A stretch of DNA of 64,000 nt from a virus, in the IMG/VR virus record IMGVR_UViG_3300009509_000006, positions 34,059-98,058 of that record; one strand, written 5' to 3'. Positions 1 to 10,700 of the stretch are shown piece by piece (positions within the stretch are counted from its first letter, which is position 1; each line of letters starts with the position of its first letter). Position numbers and translations under genes: made by a program. The notes beneath the pieces are model-generated. The model worked only from the letters and a program-made list of their open reading frames with translations. It made no database searches and was not told where the DNA came from.

Positions 1-1514
1 GTCCACCCGGACTGGTTCCCGTCGTCGAAGTAGAGCTCCCTCGCGCCATTGAGGTGCAAGTCGTTCGCGCCAGTGGTCTCGATGTGCCCGGCAGTCACTC
101 CGATGTCGATCTCCACCCCACCGGTGTCGACCTTGATCTCGTTGGCGAAGTCCGTCGTCACGGCATCGATGTCGAACACGTCGACGTCGTTCTCTACGGC
201 GACCGTGCTCGTACCGCCTGCGGAGCCCTCCGTGATGACAAACAGGTCCGCCTCGGCGTTATCCCGGATCTTCCAGAAGATGCCCGCGGACTCGAGGTCC
301 AGCGTCGCGTTCGTGGTCAGGTCGACCGGCGTCGTGCCCTGCTGATCGTAGGCAGTCTGCCTGCTGACCGTCGTGGCTCCGGCAAGGTCCACGAAGATCC
401 CGGTCAGGAACGCCTGCTCTGGAATGTTGTCGAGGCTCGTCCGCTGCACGTAGGCATAGTTGATCGACTTCCCGCCAATGTCGGCGCCGTCTGCCGGGAT
501 CAGGTCGTCTCCCGTGCTGTTGAGCTTCACGAACGAGATCTGCACCTGGTGGTCCGAGTCGTTGAACGTGTCGCCGTCGACGACACCGCTCTCGGCCTGC
601 AAGAGGCCCCAGATGTCTCGGCCGTCCGAGCCCTCGATCGTCTCGCGAGTGCTGCCGTCCACGATCAGAACGAGGTTCTTGGGGCGGATAGCGTTCGCCC
701 CCGAGACCTCGGTGAGCGCGAAGCTTCCGACATCGCCGGAGAGCGTTGCGACAACAGCTCCCTCTGCATTCCCGGCATTGACCGCAGCCGTTTCGGTTGG
801 CACCTCCGAGCTCGCCGCGCTCAAGACAACAACGTCGCCGGCACCACCGGACAACGTCGCACCGCCCCACGACAATCGCACACCGGACGTGCTCTCCGTC
901 GTTGCGATCGTGTTCCCGTTCGTACCCTCGACCTTCGCCGTCGCATTCATGGTGTCGCCGGCCCCAGCAGAAGCCGACACCGTAGGATGCAATGTGGTAC
1001 TCAAGGCATAGACAGTTCCCGCACCGGGGCCGAGGTTGATAGCCGCAATCAGGTTGTCGATCGTATTCGAAGCCGAAACACCGTCGATCAGCACGTACCC
1101 ATCGACATCCGTCAACGAGGTGACGAAAGTGTACGTCTTCGTGTCGATCGTGACCGTGTCTCCGTTGTTCGGTTGTGAAAGGAACGTCAGCACCCCGGTT
1201 GCCGCGACTCCCGCTGGAACCGAAACATCGGTCAGAAGCTGCGTGCGGAACAGGAAGCGCTTCTCCTCGATGTCGTCGAGGTCGAAGTTCAGGTCGTAGA
1301 GACCCCTCTTCTTGGTGTTGACGGTAGGGACGTCATCGTACCAGTTGAGAGACCCGTCCGCGCGCAAGACCCTGTTGATCTGCGACCGGAGCGCATCCGC
1401 GTCGTCATTGCCCGAAGCCGCGTTGGTCTCCAGGGTAGAGCCCGCAGCCAGATTGTCCAAGTAGACCCTGGCGTTCCGGATCTGGGTGTCCTGGTTCAAG
1501 AGCGATCTGGACAT
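1..1514 (-). CDS. Putative tail fiber/baseplate-associated structural protein (partial, runs off left edge)
   Basis: Not in the ORF track because it has no stop in the window. My translation from ATG 1514 (GGAGG upstream) reads MSRSLLNQDTQIRNARVYLDNL... and stays open to position 3. It is T/G/D/V-rich and lies directly downstream of baseplate J. Confidence 0.6.
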   Translation of the reverse strand, partial: MSRSLLNQDTQIRNARVYLDNLAAGSTLETNAASGNDDADALRSQINRVLRADGSLNWYDDVPTVNTKKRGLYDLNFDLDDIEEKRFLFRTQLLTDVSVPAGVAATGVLTFLSQPNNGDTVTIDTKTYTFVTSLTDVDGYVLIDGVSASNTIDNLIAAINLGPGAGTVYALSTTLHPTVSASAGAGDTMNATAKVEGTNGNTIATTESTSGVRLSWGGATLSGGAGDVVVLSAASSEVPTETAAVNAGNAEGAVVATLSGDVGSFALTEVSGANAIRPKNLVLIVDGSTRETIEGSDGRDIWGLLQAESGVVDGDTFNDSDHQVQISFVKLNSTGDDLIPADGADIGGKSINYAYVQRTSLDNIPEQAFLTGIFVDLAGATTVSRQTAYDQQGTTPVDLTTNATLDLESAGIFWKIRDNAEADLFVITEGSAGGTSTVAVENDVDVFDIDAVTTDFANEIKVDTGGVEIDIGVTAGHIETTGANDLHLNGARELYFDDGNQSGW

Positions 1515-1543
1515 GCAAGCCTCCGCATCGAGGGTCGTCTCCT

Positions 1544-1563
1544 TCGCCAATAGTAGCAGGCGA
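1544..1563 (-). promoter_or_regulatory. Putative promoter: TGcTACTAT extended -10 enclosed by TCGCC/GGCGA inverted repeat
   Basis: Minus strand reads TCGCC-TGCTACTATT-GGCGA in the intergenic gap upstream of the partial fiber gene. Confidence 0.35.
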
Positions 1564-1602
1564 CACCCTTCTTCGTCATGCCCACATTCCGAGCAGTCGA
1601 GT

Positions 1603-3783
1603 TCAGGAGGCTTCTACGGTAACTGCCGTGACAGATCCGCGGGTCACGACCTCCCCGGATTCAACGATCAGGTTGCCCTTCGCGTCGAGCTTGTCCGTCA
1701 GCGTGCTCGATCCCTCCAGGTACCCTTCGATCGTTATGTTCACGTATCTAACCCCCGCCGTGCCCTTGAACGCATTGTAGAACTCGTCCAGGTACAGGCT
1801 CGCAGCGAAGGCTCGGTCACGGAGCACACCTTCGGCAAGAGCCGTCAGAGTCGCCTTCAAGACGTCGAGTGAGTAGCCAGTCAAGATCCCGGCTCGGATC
1901 GAGACAACAGCGGGGACGAGGTAGTCTTCTCCCGAGACGACTCGAACGGACTGCGTCGTTTCCTTTCGAGCCTCGAGGTACGCTTGCAGAGAGCGCACCA
2001 GGGCGGTCGTTGGCGTCGTGTAGAAGCCCCCAGCATCCCTGGTCAGGATCGGGACGGTGATGAGATTCGATTTGCAGTCTGCCGACAAGAGCCGGTCAAT
2101 GTGGTCAAAGATCTCTTCTGTGTAGCCCTCGACGAGGCTCGAGACGTCCTGGACCGCCGTGTCTATGTCCTCGAGGTCTTCGTAGATGCCCGTTGGCGGA
2201 GGCCCGGGCTCGCCCGCTTCGGTCTCGATGAGAGTCCGCTCGGTCTCGAGTGTGTCCAGGAGCGAGTCGGCCTGAGCTACAGTCAGACCAATCGCGAAGG
2301 CCCGGTCCCGCGCCTGGCCCATCACGGTGATCTCGTTGTCGACACCCGTCCAGATCACAGCCGAAGCCGTCAGGATGTCCCCGGCCGAACCGTCGATCGA
2401 ATCGAAGTAGGCCTTGAGCGCATTCTTGTCCGCGGTGGTCAACTGTGACGTCGTCGGGTCGTCAGCGATGGCATCGACGGCTGCTTTTCCGTCCGTCACC
2501 TTACCCTGAATGTGGACCGCTCCGGCATCGACCTCGTTCGCCTTGTTCTTGACGACGCGCCCGTCTGCGATAGCGCCCTGGAGCCCCGTGTCGATCCCCG
2601 TCGTCTCCGTCGCAATGTCCGTCAAGCGGTCGGTGATCACGCCGAGCGCCGTCCGAATCAAGTCCAGAGCGGCCTCGGAGTCCGCAACGGCTTGTGTGAC
2701 TGTAGGCTCGGGCTCCTGCACCGTGTTGTTGATGTCCTGGAGCAGGCTGCGCAGCGTCAAGTCCTGCTGAGCGGACCGAGCGGACAGAGCTCGAGCGACA
2801 GCGACTCGCCCAGCCACGGGATCCGTGTAGGCGCCCGCGAGGCTCTCGTAGTCCTCTTGTGTGACCGCAACCTTCCGGCTCTTCCATACCTTCGGGGCAT
2901 TCGCCTTTGCTTGCTCCAGTGTTTCTGGGTCGTCTCCTCCCTTCGAGCCCTCCGGGTTGGTGACCGTCATAGGGATCGTTTGGAAGCCAATCACCAGAGG
3001 CGTGATTACCGCCGTGATTGTCCCGCTCGAAACCTGCCCGGCCTTGCCCCGCGAGGCCACGTAAACAGCAACGATCGTCGCATTCGTCGCCGGGATGTTT
3101 CCGGCCAGGGCGTTGCCAAACGCGAGAGTCGGGGGAGTGTCGATGTAGGCGATCTCGAACTGGTCCGAGGCCTCGAAGACCAGCACTTCGTTCTCTACCC
3201 AGGCAGCGCCATCGACGGAGACAGCGACGCCCTGGACGATGTACTTGTCCTCTGGAACCCGCCGCAGCTGAAAGACCTGGTTTGCACCACCATCGGAAAC
3301 GAAGGTCTCTGTGACGGTCTCGCCCTCGTAGGCAGGGACTACCTTGACAGTTTCGCCGGGCGAGAAGATCACCTCTTCGGCAGCTTCGAAGATCAAGCCG
3401 TCCGGGCCGAGGAACTGGAATCCCGGGTGGATAGGGACGTCGAAGGCATATGTCGAGTTCAACGTCACCTGCAGGTCCACCGAGCTCGCAATCGCGGGGC
3501 TGATCTTGTAACCCAGCTGGCGCGCCAGGAGCGTGACGGCTCTCGGTGTCCGAGCGGTCCCGATGAACATATCGGTCACGCGCCGGTCGAGATAGAAGCT
3601 CAGCGTGTCAAGCGCGAAAGCTGTGTGGTCGAACAGCAGCGTTCCCAGGCTGCCAACCGTGAAGTCGTTGAAGATCGCAGCGAATCGCACCTGCGTGCGC
3701 GCGCGGAGCTCGTCGAGATGCGAGTCGAAGTCGAAGCCGACATACGACACCCGGTTCAAGTCGGTTCTGGCCATGAGGCTCAC
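1603..3783 (-). CDS. Baseplate wedge protein (T4 gp6 / baseplate J-like) with large helical insertion
   Basis: Motifs GFDFDS...LSFYLDR...ARQLGY, GGDDPETLEQAKANAP and AVTQEDYE; position downstream of gp25. Confidence 0.9.
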   Translation of the reverse strand: MSLMARTDLNRVSYVGFDFDSHLDELRARTQVRFAAIFNDFTVGSLGTLLFDHTAFALDTLSFYLDRRVTDMFIGTARTPRAVTLLARQLGYKISPAIASSVDLQVTLNSTYAFDVPIHPGFQFLGPDGLIFEAAEEVIFSPGETVKVVPAYEGETVTETFVSDGGANQVFQLRRVPEDKYIVQGVAVSVDGAAWVENEVLVFEASDQFEIAYIDTPPTLAFGNALAGNIPATNATIVAVYVASRGKAGQVSSGTITAVITPLVIGFQTIPMTVTNPEGSKGGDDPETLEQAKANAPKVWKSRKVAVTQEDYESLAGAYTDPVAGRVAVARALSARSAQQDLTLRSLLQDINNTVQEPEPTVTQAVADSEAALDLIRTALGVITDRLTDIATETTGIDTGLQGAIADGRVVKNKANEVDAGAVHIQGKVTDGKAAVDAIADDPTTSQLTTADKNALKAYFDSIDGSAGDILTASAVIWTGVDNEITVMGQARDRAFAIGLTVAQADSLLDTLETERTLIETEAGEPGPPPTGIYEDLEDIDTAVQDVSSLVEGYTEEIFDHIDRLLSADCKSNLITVPILTRDAGGFYTTPTTALVRSLQAYLEARKETTQSVRVVSGEDYLVPAVVSIRAGILTGYSLDVLKATLTALAEGVLRDRAFAASLYLDEFYNAFKGTAGVRYVNITIEGYLEGSSTLTDKLDAKGNLIVESGEVVTRGSVTAVTVEAS

Positions 3784-4160
3784 CCGATGGGAAGTGGAAT
3801 CAGCACTTGATCGGCCTGCCCGGTAGACCGCACCGCGTAGTCGATCTGAACGATGATCTCATTATCGTACCGATCGATCGAGACGTTTCGAAGTATGACG
3901 CGAGGCTCATAGCGGCCAACGACCGTCAAGACTTCCGTTCGGATGTTCTCCGCTAGCAGCACGTCGTTGTTCTCGAACACGAACCGGAGGGACTGCGTCC
4001 CCGCGGCGCGTCGCATAACACGCTGACCTCGAGACATCCTGAACAGCCGTGTCAGGTCCACGGCGACCAAGTCGAGATCCGAAGAGGGCAAGGGGAACTG
4101 CGACCCCTCTTTCCGAAAGGGCCAAGCGAAGCCCCGCGTGATGGTAGAGTTCGTGGCCAT
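3780..4160 (-). CDS. Baseplate wedge / sheath initiator (gp25/GPW-like)
   Basis: GFAWPF, GQRVMRRAAGT and YEPRV motifs; TAATG overlap supports the start at 4160. Confidence 0.9.
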   Translation of the reverse strand: MATNSTITRGFAWPFRKEGSQFPLPSSDLDLVAVDLTRLFRMSRGQRVMRRAAGTQSLRFVFENNDVLLAENIRTEVLTVVGRYEPRVILRNVSIDRYDNEIIVQIDYAVRSTGQADQVLIPLPIG

Positions 4161-4531
4161 TACAAGAGGTCCAGGGGGCATAGGGGGAGTGCCGGGAGCT
4201 GCGGGAATGGGATCGTGAACGAGAACGAGAAATTCAGCGAGATGAAAGGCAGTGTGATCGTCGGCAACTGGGGCAACGGGATGTTCAGGTCAAACGAGGG
4301 AAGGGCCGGGAGCTGCGGGAATGGGATCGTGAACGAGAACGAGAGGTTCAACGATATGAACGGCAACGTGATCGTGGGCAGCTTTGGGAGCGGGATGTTC
4401 AGGTCGAAGGAAGGCAGGGCCGGCAGCTGAGGGAATGGGATCTCAAGGCTCAACGAGATGGATAGTGAGGGCAGAGCCGGCAGCTTGATCGTCGGCGGGA
4501 ACGGCGGGAATTTGCATAGCGTATCAGCCAT
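4160..4531 (-). CDS. Pro/Leu/Phe/Ser-rich repeat protein (123 aa)
   Basis: Coupled by overlaps at both ends (TGATG and TAATG); contains a 38-aa tandem repeat. Confidence 0.7.
   Translation of the reverse strand: MADTLCKFPPFPPTIKLPALPSLSISLSLEIPFPQLPALPSFDLNIPLPKLPTITLPFISLNLSFSFTIPFPQLPALPSFDLNIPLPQLPTITLPFISLNFSFSFTIPFPQLPALPLCPLDLL
4191..4445. repeat. 114-bp coding tandem repeat (about 2.2 copies)
   Basis: gccgggagctgcgggaatgggatcgtgaacgagaacgaga occurs at 4191 and 4305, a spacing of 114 bp. Confidence 0.9.
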
Positions 4532-5022
4532 CAGATCACAGTCACAGGAGTGTTCGAAGGGAGCAGAACCATGGGGATCCCTACCGTAGCAGCATGCAAG
4601 CACGCGGCAACCCCAGCAGCTGCCGTCTCAGCTGTGTTCCCGATGTTCGCAAAGATCCCGGTGAGGCACGGCACGAGCCCAGCGACTCCAGGAACAGCCA
4701 CTGGCGCTCCAGAGTCCGCGCCCGCAGTGAACACGACAGGGGGCAAGGTCCAGAAAGTGGTCAGAGCGGTCACGAAGGCTTGCGCTGCCGTCGCCGGGCT
4801 GCCGGTCTTGGGCTCGGTCCAAGTTGCGATGAGCGTGCCACGGAAGAGCTCGGGCTCCAATCCTGTGAACAGCGGTGTCGCTGGCGTCGGCACGGTAGTA
4901 GCTTGCGCAGCGTAGTCCGCATACGCCTTCGCCCACTTGTCCGCCGTATCGAACAGGACCTTCGGGGGGTTCTGGAAAATCGATCTCAGAGCGTTCTCAA
5001 GCGTAGCTACTACCAGAGGCAT
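4531..5022 (-). CDS. Hypothetical spike-associated protein
   Basis: Coupled ORF between the spike and gp25 genes; A/T/P-rich. Confidence 0.65.
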   Translation of the reverse strand: MPLVVATLENALRSIFQNPPKVLFDTADKWAKAYADYAAQATTVPTPATPLFTGLEPELFRGTLIATWTEPKTGSPATAAQAFVTALTTFWTLPPVVFTAGADSGAPVAVPGVAGLVPCLTGIFANIGNTAETAAAGVAACLHAATVGIPMVLLPSNTPVTVI

Positions 5023-5023
5023 G

Positions 5024-5956
5024 TCACCTCGTCTTGACGGATTGGGAGAGCATAGCGGGAAGCGCGGGCTCGATCGGAGGGCCGGAGGGCCCTGTACCTG
5101 TGGGATGCTGGTGCTTGTTAAGCCAGGTCAGGAGGTCCTCTCCGAAGACGAGAGACTTGCTCGCCCCGTCACCAATCGCAACCGTGCCGCCTTTGATGTT
5201 CACGGTGGGGCCGGTCAGGTGGATATTCTTGCTCGCCGTGACTGAGCACTCGCCGTTCGCGAGCAGCACGTAGTTGCCTGCCTTGTCCACCATCTGCACG
5301 CCGGAAGAGTTCAGTGTGATCGTGTTGCCATTCTGGTCCATGATCGTGATGTTGCCGTCCGTGGCATTCATGTTGATGTTGGACCCCTCCTTGTTCACGA
5401 GCTGGATCGACCCGTCTTCGTTGAAGCTCAGGAACGAATACTCGCCCTGCGTTCGGTCTGCCGATTCCTTCGGGTCTGTGAGGGCGGGGTCTCCAGGGTC
5501 GGGCTTGTGCCACAACAGGCGAACCCGTTCGTTCCCGGGTTCGTCATTGAACACGAGCAGGTGCCCCATGCGCGTGACCATCCCACGCCGCTGCGGGACG
5601 GAGTTCGAATACTGGAACTCTACTGGGAGGTCTCTGGGGTCGTAGCCGAACCAGCCGCCGTAGTAGACATCCGGTTTCGACGGGTCACCGCACTCGAAGC
5701 ACACACGCACGGCGTCGCCAACCTCGGGCGGCCAGAAGTTCCCGCGATCGTCTCCAGCACCGGCGAAGGCTGGGTCGATCCACAGATCGAGAGCCTGATC
5801 CTGCCCAACTGCCGGGCAGACTGCCTGGATCCGGCCTCGCTCCTCTGGGTCGTCGTTGCGAGTTACTATCGCTCTGTAGTCCCCGTAGTAACGGCGGAAA
5901 GCCTCCAGGCCCGCTCGAGCGAGGCGCTCCAGGAAAGCTCCGAGTGCTGTTGCCAT
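5024..5956 (-). CDS. Baseplate spike (gp5/gpV/VgrG C-terminal-like)
   Basis: OB-fold motifs DPEERGRIQ and PEVGDAVRVCFECGDPSKP, beta-helix repeats, and a C-terminal HxH metal-binding apex (KHQHPTGTGPSGPP). Confidence 0.92.
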   Translation of the reverse strand: MATALGAFLERLARAGLEAFRRYYGDYRAIVTRNDDPEERGRIQAVCPAVGQDQALDLWIDPAFAGAGDDRGNFWPPEVGDAVRVCFECGDPSKPDVYYGGWFGYDPRDLPVEFQYSNSVPQRRGMVTRMGHLLVFNDEPGNERVRLLWHKPDPGDPALTDPKESADRTQGEYSFLSFNEDGSIQLVNKEGSNINMNATDGNITIMDQNGNTITLNSSGVQMVDKAGNYVLLANGECSVTASKNIHLTGPTVNIKGGTVAIGDGASKSLVFGEDLLTWLNKHQHPTGTGPSGPPIEPALPAMLSQSVKTR

Positions 5957-5965
5957 AGCGCACCT

Positions 5966-7405
5966 CTACCCAAGTGCAATGGGCTCGACCTCGACGTAGT
6001 CGTACTGCGTGGAGTCGAAATCTTGACTCCCGACCTTGCCCTTCGACCTGATGCTCGATGGCAGGAACTGCTCACCAAGATTCGACGTGTTACTGATACA
6101 GGACACCGTCATCTCTGCGCCGCTCGCCCCGATCGTGTAGGAGACCTTCAAAGCTCCGTACAGAGTAGCGTCGTGCCGATTCGAGATACCGATCACCTTG
6201 GCGATGTCGCCCGGAAAGAACTGCGGGTCCATCAGAGTCGTGATCTCAAGCTCGATGCCCATCCCGGATGTCATCGCGTCGTATTCGGACTTGGCCGCAT
6301 CCAAGACCCTGGACCGCTCCGGGTTGCCCGGATAGAAGTCGCCTCCGTCACCCGAGTCGCTCTCCGCCGGGTAGGAATCCGTGGCCTCGGCCTGGGTGGC
6401 GGCGTCCGCCGTCCGGCCCACCAACGCGATCGCATCGTTCACGAAGTGCTGGAGCAGCTTCCGGGACGAGGAGGTGATGTCCCTGAGCAGAACACCCCTG
6501 CAAGCTCCAGGCGCGTACACGGCGTTCGTAGGGCTGTCTACGCTGAGGATCGGGAAGACCCCCTCGACCGGCCCGACAACACCACCAGGGAAGTCGAACA
6601 GGCGGAAGGCCCGCTTGATCTCACCGGAGAAGAGCCGATTGACCGGGAAGATATGAATCGTGTTCTCCACCAGGGTCATGGTGCACCGAGCCTCGCGCAC
6701 CAGGTTCCACACGAAAGCCCAGTCCGAGAGATAGCCCTGGGCGATGCACTCCTTGTTGATCTTCAGGAGGCTGAGCGGACTGTCGGGCTGAATTCCGGCT
6801 CCGGCCTCCGCAGTCACCAAGTCCGCGTTGACCTCGAGGTTGCGCTTGATCGCCCTGTCACCCGAGGGTTGGATCGTCTCCCACGCGCCCCTTTCAATCT
6901 CGACCTCTGCGGCCAGCTGCGAGGATGTCGGGCCCTTGATCACGGTCTCGATGATCTCGAGCCGAGTCTTGTTGTTGAACGTGCGGCCAGAGTGCTGCCG
7001 CAGCGCCGAGTAGCCGCCGGTGCCCTGTGCCGTCAGCGTGATCCCGACGTCGATTCCTGTCGAGACTTCTGGGGGTAGCAGGATCCCCGTGTAGACCGGC
7101 GAGAGCACGATGCCCTCGGGCGCTCCGGCCGAGTAGCCGAACTGAACTTCCAGACTCGAGACGCCCCACTCAATGAGCGGCGAATTGATGAAGGCCTGGC
7201 CATCCCGAAACGTCGGGGAGAGCGTCGCGGTGATTCGTGGCACCTCGCCGAGCTCGAGGTCGACAGTCAAGTTCTCGAGGAAGGGCAGCGCTGGCGGCAC
7301 ATCGGGGCCGAGGTCCGGCACGTTGGTCCACAGGGGCACGCGACCGAGCGGGCTGTCGATCACGGCGATTGCAATCGGAGAGTAGTAGTCGAAGACGCCA
7401 GGCAT
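5966..7405 (-). CDS. Baseplate hub (gp27/gpD/VgrG N-terminal-like)
   Basis: LEVQFGY, QGYLSDWAFVWNLVRE and DPQFFPGD motifs; position upstream of the spike gene. Confidence 0.8.
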   Translation of the reverse strand: MPGVFDYYSPIAIAVIDSPLGRVPLWTNVPDLGPDVPPALPFLENLTVDLELGEVPRITATLSPTFRDGQAFINSPLIEWGVSSLEVQFGYSAGAPEGIVLSPVYTGILLPPEVSTGIDVGITLTAQGTGGYSALRQHSGRTFNNKTRLEIIETVIKGPTSSQLAAEVEIERGAWETIQPSGDRAIKRNLEVNADLVTAEAGAGIQPDSPLSLLKINKECIAQGYLSDWAFVWNLVREARCTMTLVENTIHIFPVNRLFSGEIKRAFRLFDFPGGVVGPVEGVFPILSVDSPTNAVYAPGACRGVLLRDITSSSRKLLQHFVNDAIALVGRTADAATQAEATDSYPAESDSGDGGDFYPGNPERSRVLDAAKSEYDAMTSGMGIELEITTLMDPQFFPGDIAKVIGISNRHDATLYGALKVSYTIGASGAEMTVSCISNTSNLGEQFLPSSIRSKGKVGSQDFDSTQYDYVEVEPIALG

Positions 7406-7448
7406 GTCCGGTACACGTACCGTTTAGTGGGTGAAATGATTGTCAAGG

Positions 7449-7763
7449 TCAGAACTTCGCGAACTTCTTCCTCATCTCCTGGAGCACGTATCGGGGCGAC
7501 GGGATCCGGATCGTCTCGCCCTGATTCAGGTCGGTAGGCTCGATCTCCATGCCATTGGCAGCAGCGATCACATGCTTGTAGAGCTCGGCACCGTAGTACC
7601 GGAAAGCAAGGGCGTCGAGCGTGTCGGCGGCAAGCACAACGTACTGGATGTCGTCTGGCTGATCGGGGATGTCGGGGTACTCGATCATACCCCAGAACTC
7701 GAAGCCGTCGATCTTGAAGATCTCTCCGAAGCGCAATCGGCTATCCACTCGTACCCGTGGCAT
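7449..7763 (-). CDS. LysM-like baseplate protein (gp53/P2 gpX-like)
   Basis: DTLDALAFRYYG...IAAAN...GETIRIP motif. Confidence 0.88.
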   Translation of the reverse strand: MPRVRVDSRLRFGEIFKIDGFEFWGMIEYPDIPDQPDDIQYVVLAADTLDALAFRYYGAELYKHVIAAANGMEIEPTDLNQGETIRIPSPRYVLQEMRKKFAKF

Positions 7764-7764
7764 G

Positions 7765-10700
7765 TCACCCTCTTGTTCGGGTCATGTTGCCGCTCCGAGC
7801 AACCCCGGTCTCGAAAGCCCCGCTCTCTCGTGCCGTCGAAGATGCCGTCTTGAGCCGCGCGCCTTGCTTTCGGGGTGTCGCTTTCGCTCCAGAGGCCTCG
7901 ACAGCCGCGATCAGCCGCTCGAATTTGACCTTGTAGTCCTCGTACCATTTCGGGAAATGGATGGCCTGGTACATGGCCTCATCAATGCTCAAGCCATCGA
8001 GTGGAGGAACCTCGGCCGGGGTAGGCGTTACTGCCGCTTCGACACCTGCCTGGAGTTCCTGTGCGGAACTCGCGATGCGCTCCAGGGCAGCCAGGGCCAT
8101 GCGCGCCGAATCCAGGTCTGCCATGATGGCAGTGACCGCCGTGTCCGTCATGTCGAGGATGTTGCCCCACGCGGTTCCCCAGCTGACCTGGATGTCTGTC
8201 GCGAGGCCCTCGAACTTGCTCGCCATGCTGTTCGTGAAAGCGCTCGTGATACCGATCATGCCGGTCTGCCACAAGGACCAGATCTGCATGGCGGTGTTGG
8301 TATCGTCTGAGATGATCCGCGACAGAGTCGGATCCGGCTCTGACACAACGACCTGCAGGGGAACCTTGAGGGGCTCGCCCGGCGAATCCGGCGACCCGCC
8401 CATCCCGGACAGCCCGGTCGTGATGTTCGCTCTCAGCATAGCGAGGGATGCAGACATCCATGTGGTGAGTGTGGGCCAAGATTCCTGGAATCCAAGCAAG
8501 AGTTCCCCGACAAAGCCGCCGCCCACCTTGGACAGCTTGCTCAATGGACTGCTCGAGTCTTCGGGTGGCGAGCTCCAGGGCAAGTACTCCATCAAACCGT
8601 CCAACTTCTCGGTCAAGAAGTTCTTGACGTCCTCCCATTTCTTCTCGAGACCTTCCAGGAATTGGCCAATGAACCCGACCGCGGCGTTGTACATGGCTGC
8701 GCCGGCGCTGATCACGGGTGTGATGAACGTCCCCGTCACCCAGTCCCCGATTGTCGACAACGCATCGCTGATCGGTTGCACGATGTAGGCTTGGACAGAG
8801 CTCGAGACCCATTCTGGCAACGTGGCCAGCCAGTTGATGGCGTTGAAGAACGCGGTCTGGAACGACGAGGCGACATCCGTGATCAGTTCCTTCAGAGCAG
8901 TGAAGTGTGTGGAGGCGCCCTCGACCAGGGTCGTGATGATCTCGGAGAAGAAGGACAGGAAGCTGTCAAGCACCTCACCCATGAAAGCGAAGGCGCTCGC
9001 GAACCAGTCAGGGATGATCGACTCACCGAACAGCCAATTCCAGATTCCGGTCAGCCAATCGCTGAACGCCTGCCACCCCTGCTTCCATGTGTCGAGAAGC
9101 GAGTTCATGAAGTCGAAGACAAGGCCAACGCTTTCCTTCAAGCCATCCCAAGAGTCCGAAATCTTCGTGACGACATTGCGCATAACAGCGCCGACGGCGG
9201 GGAAACGCCGCTCGAACCATTCGGTGATCCCCTTGAGCACACCAATGACGAGGTCTCCGACAAGCTTGATTCCTGCCCAAGCCAATTCTGGAATCATTGC
9301 GAACAGCGAGGGGATATACTTGATCACCTTCAGGGGTGCATCGACGAACAAGAACTTCCAAGCACTGAGCGCGAAGTCGATGAGGATGGGCATGGCCGTT
9401 GGAAGAAACGACCGCAACTCATCCCCGAGGGTGTCCGCAATCCCACTCACGATGGGGCCGAGATTCCCAAAGAAGCCCAGTATGATCTCCAGAGCCTGGT
9501 TCGCCCAGATGGGGATCTGGCCGAGCAGCGACTGGACGAACGGAAGCACGGCATAGAGAGCCGAGAAAGCGACACCGATCGCCATCTCAGTGAAAGTCCC
9601 GTACAGGGCCGCCAAATCCAAGCCACCGAGGAACGCGAAGGCGCTGTTCACGAACGTGATGAGGGCCTGCCCGACCGTCCCGGCGGCACTGAGCAGCGCC
9701 ACGACCACCTTCGAGATCGCACCCTCAACAGCATCACTCAAGAGAAATCCGAGCACGCTCTCGACGGTACCGAAGGCAGTGTCGAAGATGCTCTGCCACG
9801 GGATCTTCGATACCAGTGCCTTCAACGCGCCGGATACCGTCGTGTAGTAGCTCACCACGAGCGGGAGGGCCCTCTGCACGCCATCCCCTATGAACGTCAT
9901 GAGCTGCTGGCCGGCGGACCGGAGCGCCATCCCGATCGATTCCCAGTCGATCCCTTGGAGCATCAGGCCGAAGAGCTTGAGGCCACCGTAGACGACGCCG
10001 AAGAGCGCCTTGGCGATGCCGACCCACGGCAGGTTCGCTACGAAGTTCACGAGCGTCACGAAGGCCTTCCCAAGGAAGTCCCCAATGCGCCCCATCACAG
10101 AGCCCCAGTCGAGCTTGGCGAGGCTGCGGTAGAGCCCGCCGAACACCATTCGGAAGGTCTCGACGAACAGCTCGATAGCTTTGCCGACTTTGGTCTTTGC
10201 TCCGCGCGTAGGATCGAACACCGCGAGGATCTCGTCCCACACGATAGCCATGCGCCCTGGAGCACCCTTGGCCTCGCCGACGAAGTCCGCAATCAGGTTG
10301 TCCCAGAAGTTCTCCCAACCGCCGAACACCCACTCGATAAGATAGGCCTGTCGGTACAGGTAATCCCCTAGCTCAGACAGAGCGTCGACAGCCATGTCAA
10401 AAGCCGCAACGAGCACCTCACCAACTACTCTCGCCACCTTCTTGACGTCCTCGACCATTATCTCGAGGGCCTCGGACGTCGTTTTGCCCTGTGCCTTCAG
10501 GTCCGCGAAGCGAATCAGGCCGATACCCATGACTGCCGTGAGGGCGCCCCAGGGGCTGATGAGGTCGTCGAGCTTGATGCCCATCGCACCGAGAGCAGTC
10601 AGCGCCGGCGCGATCTCCCCGACCACCCGGCCGAACAGGATCGACATGGGTTGGAGCGTCTTCGGGATGAAGGCCTGCACTCCGATCTGGTGTACCTCGG

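Noticed and set aside
4191-4445. 114-bp repeat as a DGR template/variable pair
   Set aside because: The copies are tandem and in frame, differ mostly at synonymous sites, and no reverse transcriptase is in the window.
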